Positions 29,889-37,408 of a DNA stretch of 64,000 nt are shown one piece after another. Position numbers and translations under genes: made by a program. A model generated the notes under the pieces. That model did not search any database. It had not been told where the DNA came from and was given only the letters and a program-made list of their open reading frames with translations. The stretch is from Dehalococcoidia bacterium (GTDB lineage: Bacteria > Chloroflexota > Dehalococcoidia > Lucifugimonadales > UBA3495), in assembly GCA_965249145.1 (NCBI GenBank), contig OZ252223.1, positions 1,673,757 to 1,737,756 on the forward strand, in the 5' to 3' direction. Each line of letters starts with the position of its first letter. The first letter of the stretch is position 1.

Positions 29889-32171
29889 ATGGCAGAGTTC
29901 AACGTTCTGGGCAAGAACCACGTACGCCTCGACGCTTTCGACAAAGTCACTGGGCATGCCACCTACGCGGGAGACGTCTACCTGCCCGAAATGCTCATGT
30001 GCAAAGTGCTCACCAGCACCCGCAGCCACGCCCGCATCGTCAGCATCGACACCTCGGCCGCCGAGGCGCTGCCCGGCGTTCGCGGGGTGATCACCGGCAA
30101 GGACTTCCCCGACGTTTTCTTCGGCTCCGGCGCGCTGCGGGACAGGCGGGTCATGGCCCGCGACACCGTGTTCTACATCGGCGAGCCGGTGGCAGCTGTG
30201 GCTGCCGACGACGAGATTACGGCGGTCGAGGCGCTGGGTCTGATCAAGGTCGAGTACGAAGACTTGGAACCGGTGGTCGACCCACTGGCCTCGATTTCCG
30301 AGACCGCGCCCGACGTCCATCCCGACCTTCCGGAATTCGAGGGCTACGGCTTCGCCCTCGGCGGCAACAACTGCACCATGCTGGACGCCGACCGGGGCGA
30401 AGTTGATCAGGCCTTCGCGGATGCCGACCACATCATCGAGGAGACCTATCACACCCAGCCCATCAACCAAGGCTTCTTGGAACCGATGGCCTGCGTGGCC
30501 AACCTGGAAGCCAACGGCCGCCTGACGGTGTGGGCCTCCACCCAGGGCCCTTACCAAGTGCGGGCCCAACTGGCTTCGGTGCTGGACATGTCCATCGGCA
30601 ACATCAAGATCATCGCCATGGAACTGGGCGGCGGATTCGGAGCCAAGCTTCGGCTAGCCTTGGAGGCCTTCCCGGCCCTGCTGTCCATGAAGACCAACCG
30701 GCCTGTCAAGCTGGTCAACACCCGCGAGGAAACTTTCACCCTGAACGGCCCCCGGCTGGAGACCAACATCTACCTGAAGACAGCGGTCAGCAACGACGGC
30801 AGGATCACGGCCCGGGAAGCCCGCAGCGTCTTCGACGTGGGCGCTTACCTGGGCGCGGGGCCCAACTCCGGAGTTGGCCACGGCCTGGGCGCCTACAACA
30901 TCCCGAACTTCCGGCTGCGTTCCTACGGCGTGTACACCAACAAGGTGTACGTCGGTTCCTATCGCGCCTCGGGTGTGGCCGATATGACCTTCGCCGTCGA
31001 GTCGCACATGGACGTCATCGCTCACAAACTGGGCATGGACCCGATGCTGTTTCGGGAGAAGAACGCCCTGAAGGAAGGCGACATCAGCGTGAGCGGCGCG
31101 CCGATCCCTCGCCACGGCTTGGCCGAAGTGATGGACGCCCTTAAGGAGAAGATGGAGCTGCCCAAGAAGTTAGCCTCCTCCGACCGGGAGGCACGCGGGG
31201 TGGGCGTGGCCGTCGGTGAGTGGCGCAGCGGCAGCGGCCCCTCCACGGCGTCGATCAGCGTGAACGAGGACGGCACTGTCGGGCTGCTGACCGGCTCGGT
31301 GGACATCTCAGGCAGCGACACGTCGTTGGCCCAGATCGCCGCCGAGGTCTTGGGCTTGGAGCTGGAGCAGGTGGTGGTCGCCAAGCGCGACACTGACTTG
31401 GCCCCGTTCACCGGCCCCAGCGGCGGCAGCCGCATAGTCTATAGCCAGGGCAAGGCCGTGCAGATGGCCGCCGAGGACGCCAGGGACAAGCTGCTGGCGC
31501 TGGCCGCCGAACGCTTGGGTGTTCAGGCCGAAGCCCTTGAATGCAGCGGCGGCACGGTTTACGTTATGGACAATCCGCCCCAGTCGATGGGCTTGAGCCA
31601 GCTGGCCCGCATGAGCCTAAGTTCCCGTGGCGGCCCCATCGTCGGCGCCGCTTCTCTCTCCAGCATGCCCTACAACCCGGTGTTCAACGCCCAAGGCGCG
31701 GAGGTGGTGGTGGACCGGGAAACCGGCCAGGTGCGGGTGACCCGTTTTGTGCAGGCCCAGGACGTCGGTCTGGCGGTAAACCCGATGGGTGTGGAAGGCC
31801 AGCTAGAAGGCGGAGCGGTCCAGGGCATCGGCCGGGCGCTGAGCGAGGAGATTATCATCGACCCGCAGACCGGCCAAGTGCGGAACCCGTCGCTGGCCAC
31901 CTACTTGATGCCGCTGGCCATCGACATGCCGGACATCGAGACCATATTGGTGGAAGTGCCCAGCGAGGACGGTCCCTTCGGTCTGCGGGCGGTCGCTGAA
32001 CCGCCGGGCTTCGGCCCGCCGGCGGCCATTGCCAACGCGATCTACGACGCCGTTGGAGTCCGTATCCGCACGTTGCCGCTGAGCGCGGAGCGGGTACTGG
32101 CAGCAATGCAGGGCAGGGAGTACGACGACTACAACATGGACGTGGAGGCCCTGCGCGCCGCCGAAGCCTAG
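29889..32171 (+). CDS. xanthine dehydrogenase family molybdopterin-binding large subunit
   Basis: 760 aa with aldehyde oxidase/XDH a/b-hammerhead and Mo-binding domains. The active-site loop reads VGSYRASGV rather than the CO-dehydrogenase VAYRCSFR signature. Confidence 0.9.
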   Translation: MAEFNVLGKNHVRLDAFDKVTGHATYAGDVYLPEMLMCKVLTSTRSHARIVSIDTSAAEALPGVRGVITGKDFPDVFFGSGALRDRRVMARDTVFYIGEPVAAVAADDEITAVEALGLIKVEYEDLEPVVDPLASISETAPDVHPDLPEFEGYGFALGGNNCTMLDADRGEVDQAFADADHIIEETYHTQPINQGFLEPMACVANLEANGRLTVWASTQGPYQVRAQLASVLDMSIGNIKIIAMELGGGFGAKLRLALEAFPALLSMKTNRPVKLVNTREETFTLNGPRLETNIYLKTAVSNDGRITAREARSVFDVGAYLGAGPNSGVGHGLGAYNIPNFRLRSYGVYTNKVYVGSYRASGVADMTFAVESHMDVIAHKLGMDPMLFREKNALKEGDISVSGAPIPRHGLAEVMDALKEKMELPKKLASSDREARGVGVAVGEWRSGSGPSTASISVNEDGTVGLLTGSVDISGSDTSLAQIAAEVLGLELEQVVVAKRDTDLAPFTGPSGGSRIVYSQGKAVQMAAEDARDKLLALAAERLGVQAEALECSGGTVYVMDNPPQSMGLSQLARMSLSSRGGPIVGAASLSSMPYNPVFNAQGAEVVVDRETGQVRVTRFVQAQDVGLAVNPMGVEGQLEGGAVQGIGRALSEEIIIDPQTGQVRNPSLATYLMPLAIDMPDIETILVEVPSEDGPFGLRAVAEPPGFGPPAAIANAIYDAVGVRIRTLPLSAERVLAAMQGREYDDYNMDVEALRAAEA

Positions 32172-32238
32172 TACCGGCTTAAACGCAGGGAGCGCCGGGT
32201 AACCAGAGAAAATCTCGGCGTTCTCTGCGGTTGGGTAA

Positions 32239-33453
32239 CTACCCAGGGATGTCGTCGTAGTAGTGCTCTTCCGAGATCACCCGGCCCTCCCGGAACGCCG
32301 CGATGTCTTCCTCGCTGTAGCCCAGAATCCCCGCCAAGACGTCCTCGTTGTGCTCCCCTACCTGCGGCGTCGTCCCAATGTTCACCGGCGTCCTCGAGAA
32401 GTGCCAGTAGTCCCCCGATACCGCGATCTCTCCCGCCAAGAAGTCCGGCACCTCCACCATCGCCCGCCGCTCCCACGGGTGCGGGTCCTCCGCCGCCTGC
32501 GGTATCGTGTTCACCGGCGCCGCCACCACGTCGTGCTCCGTGAAGTGGGCGATGGCCTGCTCCATGGTCTTCTCCGAAAGCAGCTCGTTCATCGCCTGGT
32601 TCACCAGCTCCTTGTTGTTCTGCCGTTCGTGCCTCGTGTTGAACCTCGGGTCCTCCAGCCATTCCGGCTTCCCCAGGGCGTTGCACACCCGGTGCCAGTG
32701 GTGCTGGTCTCCCGCCGACACCAAGACCCATCCCTCCTTGCACGGGTAGATACCCGAGGGCGGCGCCGTCGTGTCCCCGCGCTTGGGAGCTATTTTGGTC
32801 CCGTGGTACGCCGTGACCGGTATCTCCGTCAGCGAGTACCCGGTGTCCGCCAAGCACACGTCCATCGACTGCCCCAGTCCCGACACCTCTCTTTCGTGCA
32901 GCGCCGCCAGGGTCCCGATGGCCGCGTGCAAGGCCGTGATCCGGTCGATGATCGGCACCCCCGTCCGGATCGGCGGCATCCCCTCCTCTCCCGTCACCAT
33001 CGTTATCCCCGACATCGTCTGCCCGATCGGGTCGTAGCCAATCTGGTCAGAGTAGGGCCCAAACTGCCCGTAGGCCGACACGTTCACCATGATGATCCGC
33101 GGGTTCAGCTCCTTCAGCGCCTCGTACCCGAACCCCATCTTCTCGATCGTCCCCGGCCGGAAGTTCTGCAACACCACGTCCGACACCTTCACCAGCTCCC
33201 TTAACACCTCCTTGGCCTCCTCCTTCCGAAGGTCCATCGACAGGGACTTCTTCCCCGAGTTGTACTGCACCCAGTACGAGCTCTGCTTCTTCACCCACGG
33301 CCCGTGGTAGCGCGTCTCCTCCCCGCCCAGCCGCTCGATCTTGATCACCTCGGCCCCCATCCGGGCCAGTACCTGGGCGCACCTGGGGCCCGCTTGGTGC
33401 CGCCCCAGATCGATTACCCGCACGTTTTCCAACGGATGGTTCAGTGCCGCCAT
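32239..33453 (-). CDS. CoA transferase, family III (CaiB/BaiF)
   Basis: VRVIDLGRHQAGPRCAQVLARMGAEVIKIE N-terminus is typical of the family. 404 aa. Confidence 0.9.
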   Translation of the reverse strand: MAALNHPLENVRVIDLGRHQAGPRCAQVLARMGAEVIKIERLGGEETRYHGPWVKKQSSYWVQYNSGKKSLSMDLRKEEAKEVLRELVKVSDVVLQNFRPGTIEKMGFGYEALKELNPRIIMVNVSAYGQFGPYSDQIGYDPIGQTMSGITMVTGEEGMPPIRTGVPIIDRITALHAAIGTLAALHEREVSGLGQSMDVCLADTGYSLTEIPVTAYHGTKIAPKRGDTTAPPSGIYPCKEGWVLVSAGDQHHWHRVCNALGKPEWLEDPRFNTRHERQNNKELVNQAMNELLSEKTMEQAIAHFTEHDVVAAPVNTIPQAAEDPHPWERRAMVEVPDFLAGEIAVSGDYWHFSRTPVNIGTTPQVGEHNEDVLAGILGYSEEDIAAFREGRVISEEHYYDDIPG

Positions 33454-33550
33454 CTTCGGTCTCCCTTCTCGTCTCTCGTTCAGGCTTGCCCGGTTCGCGC
33501 CATTCTACGTCTGCCCCGCGCGCACGGGCAAGTGCGCCCACACTCTCCAC

Positions 33551-33616
33551 GTAATTCTTGGGTAACGGGGCGGTAACGGTAGCGTAATTGGGGGGTAATT
33601 CTGGGGTAACAGGCGC
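33551..33616. repeat. six GTAAY motifs phased at exactly 11 bp
   Basis: GTAAT/GTAAC start at 33551, 33562, 33573, 33584, 33595 and 33606. The array lies in the divergent intergenic region between the CoA-transferase gene and the Zn-ribbon mini-gene. Confidence 0.85.
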
Positions 33617-33679
33617 GGCTTTAGAGTTGGTGTACGGCCACTGAAGAGTGGCCACCGGGCACCAAGGAGGGGCAAGCGC

Positions 33680-33883
33680 ATGTTCTGGTTGAAGGGCTGC
33701 CGACGCTGCGAGGGAGACGTGTACCAGGGCGAGGACATCGCCGGAAAATACCTGGCCTGCATCCAGTGCGGCCACTACCTTTCGGACTTGGAGACGAGTC
33801 AGCTGATGGGCAAATGGCCCGTGCTCGTTCCTAAAGCCAGCTTACCCGGCGAGCGCCGCGGCCCAATGCAGGCCGTGGCGTGA
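33680..33883 (+). CDS. small zinc-ribbon protein (CxxC...CxxC)
   Basis: MFWLKGCRRCEGDVYQGEDIAGKYLACIQCGHYL. AAGGAGGGG lies upstream. Its stop overlaps the hpt GTG start (GTGA). Confidence 0.5.
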   Translation: MFWLKGCRRCEGDVYQGEDIAGKYLACIQCGHYLSDLETSQLMGKWPVLVPKASLPGERRGPMQAVA

Positions 33884-34407
33884 GGGATGGCTGGTCCCTA
33901 TACCTGACCCGGGCCGAAATCGCCGACGGGGTAAAACGCCTCGCCCGCGAAATCGACCGCGACTTCCAGGGCCGGCGCCCGCTGCTGGTGGCGGTGCTGA
34001 AGGGTTCGTTCGTATTTGCAGCGGACCTGGTCCGGGAGTTGGAGGGGCCGGTGTCCATCGATTTCGTCCGCGCCAGTAGCTACCGAGGCACGGAGTCCAG
34101 CGGCGGTGTGGCATTGTCGCTGGACGGGGTGGAGGTGTTAGGACGGGACGTTCTGGTCTTGGAGGACATCGTGGACACTGGCATCACCGCCCTGCGCTTG
34201 ATGGAGACCCTGGGGCAGGCCGGACCCGTATCCCTGAAACTCTGCGCGCTGCTTGACAAGCCGTCCCGGCGGCTGGTGCGGATTGCCCCCGACTACGTGG
34301 GCTTCACCATCCCCGACCACTTCGTCGTCGGCTACGGGCTTGACCTAGACCAAGAGTGGCGGCAGCTGCCCGACATCTATCGCCTTGATGAGGGTCCGGC
34401 GGCATGA
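33880..34407 (+). CDS. hpt: hypoxanthine phosphoribosyltransferase
   Basis: LVAVLKGSFVFAADLVREL and the PRPP-binding motif VLVLEDIVDTGITA. 175 aa. Confidence 0.9.
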   Translation: MRDGWSLYLTRAEIADGVKRLAREIDRDFQGRRPLLVAVLKGSFVFAADLVRELEGPVSIDFVRASSYRGTESSGGVALSLDGVEVLGRDVLVLEDIVDTGITALRLMETLGQAGPVSLKLCALLDKPSRRLVRIAPDYVGFTIPDHFVVGYGLDLDQEWRQLPDIYRLDEGPAA

Positions 34408-34592
34408 AGGCGCTGACCGGACCGCCCAACACCGCGGCTTCTTCCCTGGCTTCACTTTTCCAGTTTCTAAAATTAATTCAAAACTCTTCTTAAAATTCGT
34501 TGACATAAGGGGGTTGCCGTCGGTAACGTCAACTTGTCGGCGTCATTAGGTTTGGGCGCTGGCATCACCACCGGGCTTAGAGAGGTCGCCCA

Positions 34593-34766
34593 ATGGTAAT
34601 GGAACGAGACCAAGCGCAGATGGTTGCGGAATTGCCCGCCCCTCCGGTCTGTCGGCATCACTGGATCATCGAGCCAGCCAGCGGCCGGTTCAGCCGAGGA
34701 GAGTGCCAGATCTGCCATCAGGTTAAGGAATTTCAGAACTCCATAACCGAGGCAGAAGCGGAATAG
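34593..34766 (+). CDS. 57-codon Cys/His-rich mini-ORF (below the 60-aa ORF-track cutoff)
   Basis: Own translation: MVMERDQAQMVAELPAPPVCRHHWIIEPASGRFSRGECQICHQVKEFQNSITEAEAE. AGAGAGG lies about 8 nt upstream. It ends 42 nt before the tubulin-like gene. Confidence 0.45.
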   Translation: MVMERDQAQMVAELPAPPVCRHHWIIEPASGRFSRGECQICHQVKEFQNSITEAEAE

Positions 34767-34808
34767 CCTTCAGCAACCAGCGCCAGAACTCACGGGAGGT
34801 GTGGAGAT

Positions 34809-35927
34809 ATGAGGGTACTGTGGTTAGGGTTCGGACAAGCTGGAGGCAAAATCGCCGACGCGATGATGGCAACGCGGCGACGTGTCTATAACGCCATCGC
34901 CATCAATACCGAGGAGGCCGACCTGGCCGGGCTACGCCACATCCGGCGCCGTGTCCTGATCGGTAAGTATGCGCTCCAGGGCCGGGGAGTGGGCTCCGAC
35001 ATCGACCTTGGCGCATCGATCGCCGAGAAAGCCCTTTCTCAGATGATGGACAAGGTGGACGAGGTGGTCCGCGTCCACGACCCGGAAGCAATCTGGATCG
35101 CAGCCGGTCTGGCCGGAGGCACCGGCGCCGGCGGGTCCTTCGTGTTGGCCAACGAGTTGAAGCGCATCTACCGGGCGATTCCGGTGTTCGGGCTGGGCGT
35201 AGTGCCTTCGGTATCGGGCATGCCCGGTGACAAAGAGGCGCTTAGCCTGTCCAATGCCATCAAGAGTTTCGAGCTCTGGAGTCACTACTTCAACAACATC
35301 ATGCTGGTCGACAACCAACAGTTTGAAAACAACATGGTTAGTCGCGAGTCGGTGGAAAACATCTATCAGCGGATCAACAACCACTTGGCCCACATGCTGA
35401 CCACCCTACTCACCGCTGGCGAGATACGCCCCGCCCCTCAAGAGGTCTTTAGTTCCTCCGAGGTTAAGGCGACCCTGGGGCTGATCGGCGACGTGTCCAC
35501 CATTGGGTTCTGCCGGGAGAACATCAAGATGAAGAGCAAGTTCTGGAGGCCCGGTATCGACCCGGGCACCCACGAACTGGAAAGCATAATCGAGCGCAGC
35601 GTGGCCAGTTCCGCGCTGACTTTCCCCGCCGACGTTAGCGGGGCCCGCAATGCCTCGCTGATCGTCCACGGCAAGCCCAAGCACCTCTTCACCCAGTCGA
35701 TCAACCGCGGCAAGGCGCGGCTGGAAGAGCTGACCAGGGTGGGCAAGGTACGCTACGGCGACTATCCCGACCGCAACACGCAGCAGCTTTCGGCCATCAC
35801 GATGGTATCGGGGATCACCGACTTCTCCCGCTTGGACGAGATGCGCCGACGGGTCCAAGAGCTCACCAGCTCCCGCCCAACCAACGGCCACGCCCACATC
35901 GACACAAGAGACCGGGTGGTCGTCTAA
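34809..35927 (+). CDS. tubulin/FtsZ-superfamily GTPase, CetZ-like
   Basis: GFGQAGGK (aa 7-14) forms a T1-like loop. The tubulin signature AGGTGAG is at aa 102-108 (nt 35112-35132). LVDNQQF and SSSEVKATLG are also present. Colinear resemblance to archaeal CetZ as I recall it (IGFGQAGGK, GVGxDxxLGAxIAE, LKRIY, GLG, GDYP). GGAGG RBS. Confidence 0.8.
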   Translation: MRVLWLGFGQAGGKIADAMMATRRRVYNAIAINTEEADLAGLRHIRRRVLIGKYALQGRGVGSDIDLGASIAEKALSQMMDKVDEVVRVHDPEAIWIAAGLAGGTGAGGSFVLANELKRIYRAIPVFGLGVVPSVSGMPGDKEALSLSNAIKSFELWSHYFNNIMLVDNQQFENNMVSRESVENIYQRINNHLAHMLTTLLTAGEIRPAPQEVFSSSEVKATLGLIGDVSTIGFCRENIKMKSKFWRPGIDPGTHELESIIERSVASSALTFPADVSGARNASLIVHGKPKHLFTQSINRGKARLEELTRVGKVRYGDYPDRNTQQLSAITMVSGITDFSRLDEMRRRVQELTSSRPTNGHAHIDTRDRVVV

Positions 35928-35956
35928 GGTCTTGGGCCAGGATTCGGAAGATTAGA

Positions 35957-36004
35957 GGATCTCCAGGATAGCTCTGCGCCTTCGGGCCACAATCCTGGAG
36001 ATCC
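35957..36004. terminator. hairpin between the convergent CetZ-like and cyclase genes
   Basis: 13-bp perfect inverted repeat GGATCTCCAGGAT (35957-35969) / ATCCTGGAGATCC (35992-36004). No clear U-tract. Confidence 0.45.
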
Positions 36005-36026
36005 GGTTATCTGGATGGCTCTGATT

Positions 36027-36944
36027 CTAGAGGATGGCTATCGGATTTACCGGCGAGCCGGTGCCCCCGACCACCCGTAGCGGGTTCACCGTGAGCATGA
36101 ACTCGTAACGGCCCTCTTCCGCGCAAGCTTCGGCCAGCGGTTGGAGCAGCGCATTGTCCAGCAGTCCGATTCCGTAGGCGAAAATGGAGCCGTGGACCGC
36201 CCAAGCTAGCTCGTAGCCGTTTGGCGTGTGGTCCATCATGTCCCAAACCAGCAAACAGGCGTCGGACTGCCGAATGAACTTCAGACAGCTCATGTGCAGG
36301 CCGGGGCGTTCCAAGGGGTTGCTGCCCCAGATTGCATTGCCGTCGGCGTTCCAGCTCTCGCGTCCTCCGTAGACGACCAAAGCGTCACCGGCACGGACTT
36401 CGACGCCTTGTTCGTTGGCGATGTCTTCCAACTCCCAACCATGTATCGGCTTGTCCATAGTGACGTAGGGCTCCCCCCGGTGCTTGGGCACGTCGAGCAA
36501 CACGCCGCGGGTGGTCAGACCGTCCTTCCAGTGCTCAACCGAACCCCAGCGGGCCCCGTCCATGGTGATGGTGTCTTCGGGACGGCGGCCATTCCACATA
36601 CCGTTCTCGTTCCAGACGTGGCACAGAGCGTCCAGATGGGTGGTGGCGGTGCCGTGGTATGAGATGCCGTAGTAATCGGCCGAAAAGCCCGACGTCTCGC
36701 TCCGGGGAACAACCTTCATGTAGTGATGGGCGGGGTTCGGATTGTTGGGGGCCGGAATCGTCGGGAATTCGCGGCTCAACGAAACGGCGCGGCCCGATTT
36801 CACCAGACCCGCGGCTTCAACTCGTTTTTCCGGCGTGATCATGTTTACCGCGCCCACTTGGTCGTCGTCGCCCCAACGGCCCCAATTGCGGTCGTCACTC
36901 AGGTAAGCAAGGACCTCTTCCCTGGTCGGAATGGTGCGCTCCAT
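36027..36944 (-). CDS. cyclase family protein (kynurenine formamidase-like)
   Basis: Start at MERTIPTREE. The WGRWGDDDQVGAVN motif is typical of the putative cyclase family. Confidence 0.85.
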   Translation of the reverse strand: MERTIPTREEVLAYLSDDRNWGRWGDDDQVGAVNMITPEKRVEAAGLVKSGRAVSLSREFPTIPAPNNPNPAHHYMKVVPRSETSGFSADYYGISYHGTATTHLDALCHVWNENGMWNGRRPEDTITMDGARWGSVEHWKDGLTTRGVLLDVPKHRGEPYVTMDKPIHGWELEDIANEQGVEVRAGDALVVYGGRESWNADGNAIWGSNPLERPGLHMSCLKFIRQSDACLLVWDMMDHTPNGYELAWAVHGSIFAYGIGLLDNALLQPLAEACAEEGRYEFMLTVNPLRVVGGTGSPVNPIAIL

Positions 36945-36955
36945 CGATCTGCTCC

Positions 36956-37405
36956 TCAAGACAGTTTTGAAATGCCGGTGGATTCGCCCAAGCAGGTAAA
37001 AAAGCGGTCCATCATCTGCCGGGCCACGCTTTCCATCATCCGTTGCCCCACCCGTGCCAGCAGTCCACCAGCCTGGGAGTCGCTTTCGACTCGGACTGTG
37101 GTCACCTCGCCGTTGGCCGTCAAGGTGACTACGGCGTCGCCGTTGACGAACCCTGCGGTGCCGCGGCTTTGCACCAGCAGACGGTACGACTTATACGGCT
37201 CTTGGTCGCGCATACTAACTTTGGCGTTGAAGTTACCCCGCACCGGACCGAGAGACACCGTCATGGTGGCCTCGTAATCGTCGTTACCGACGGCTTCGAG
37301 ACTCTGGCAGCCCGGGATGCAACCGCGCAGTGACTCCAGACCGGTCATCGCCTGCCAGACCTGCTCTGGCGGAGCGTTGAATTGGTAGTTGCCTGAAAGT
37401 TTCAT
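36956..37405 (-). CDS. SRPBCC / CoxG family protein
   Basis: MKLSGNYQFNAPPEQVWQAM...GLLARVGQRMMESVARQMMDRFF matches the CoxG pattern. Confidence 0.85.
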   Translation of the reverse strand: MKLSGNYQFNAPPEQVWQAMTGLESLRGCIPGCQSLEAVGNDDYEATMTVSLGPVRGNFNAKVSMRDQEPYKSYRLLVQSRGTAGFVNGDAVVTLTANGEVTTVRVESDSQAGGLLARVGQRMMESVARQMMDRFFTCLGESTGISKLS

Positions 37406-37408
37406 CTG

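Noticed and set aside
28467-32171. Calling the three-gene operon aerobic carbon-monoxide dehydrogenase (coxMSL).
   Set aside because: The large subunit lacks the VAYRCSFR active-site signature, so it is annotated only as an XDH-family molybdenum hydroxylase.
33551-33616. Whether the GTAAY array, or the 3 x 9-bp CTCGGCGNN repeat at 20060-20086, could be a CRISPR or other spacer-repeat array.
   Set aside because: The units are only 9-11 bp with no unique spacers of CRISPR length, and there are no cas genes. The 9-bp triplet at 20060-20086 pairs with CGCCGAG at 20022-20028. It is most simply part of a weak terminator region between convergent genes.
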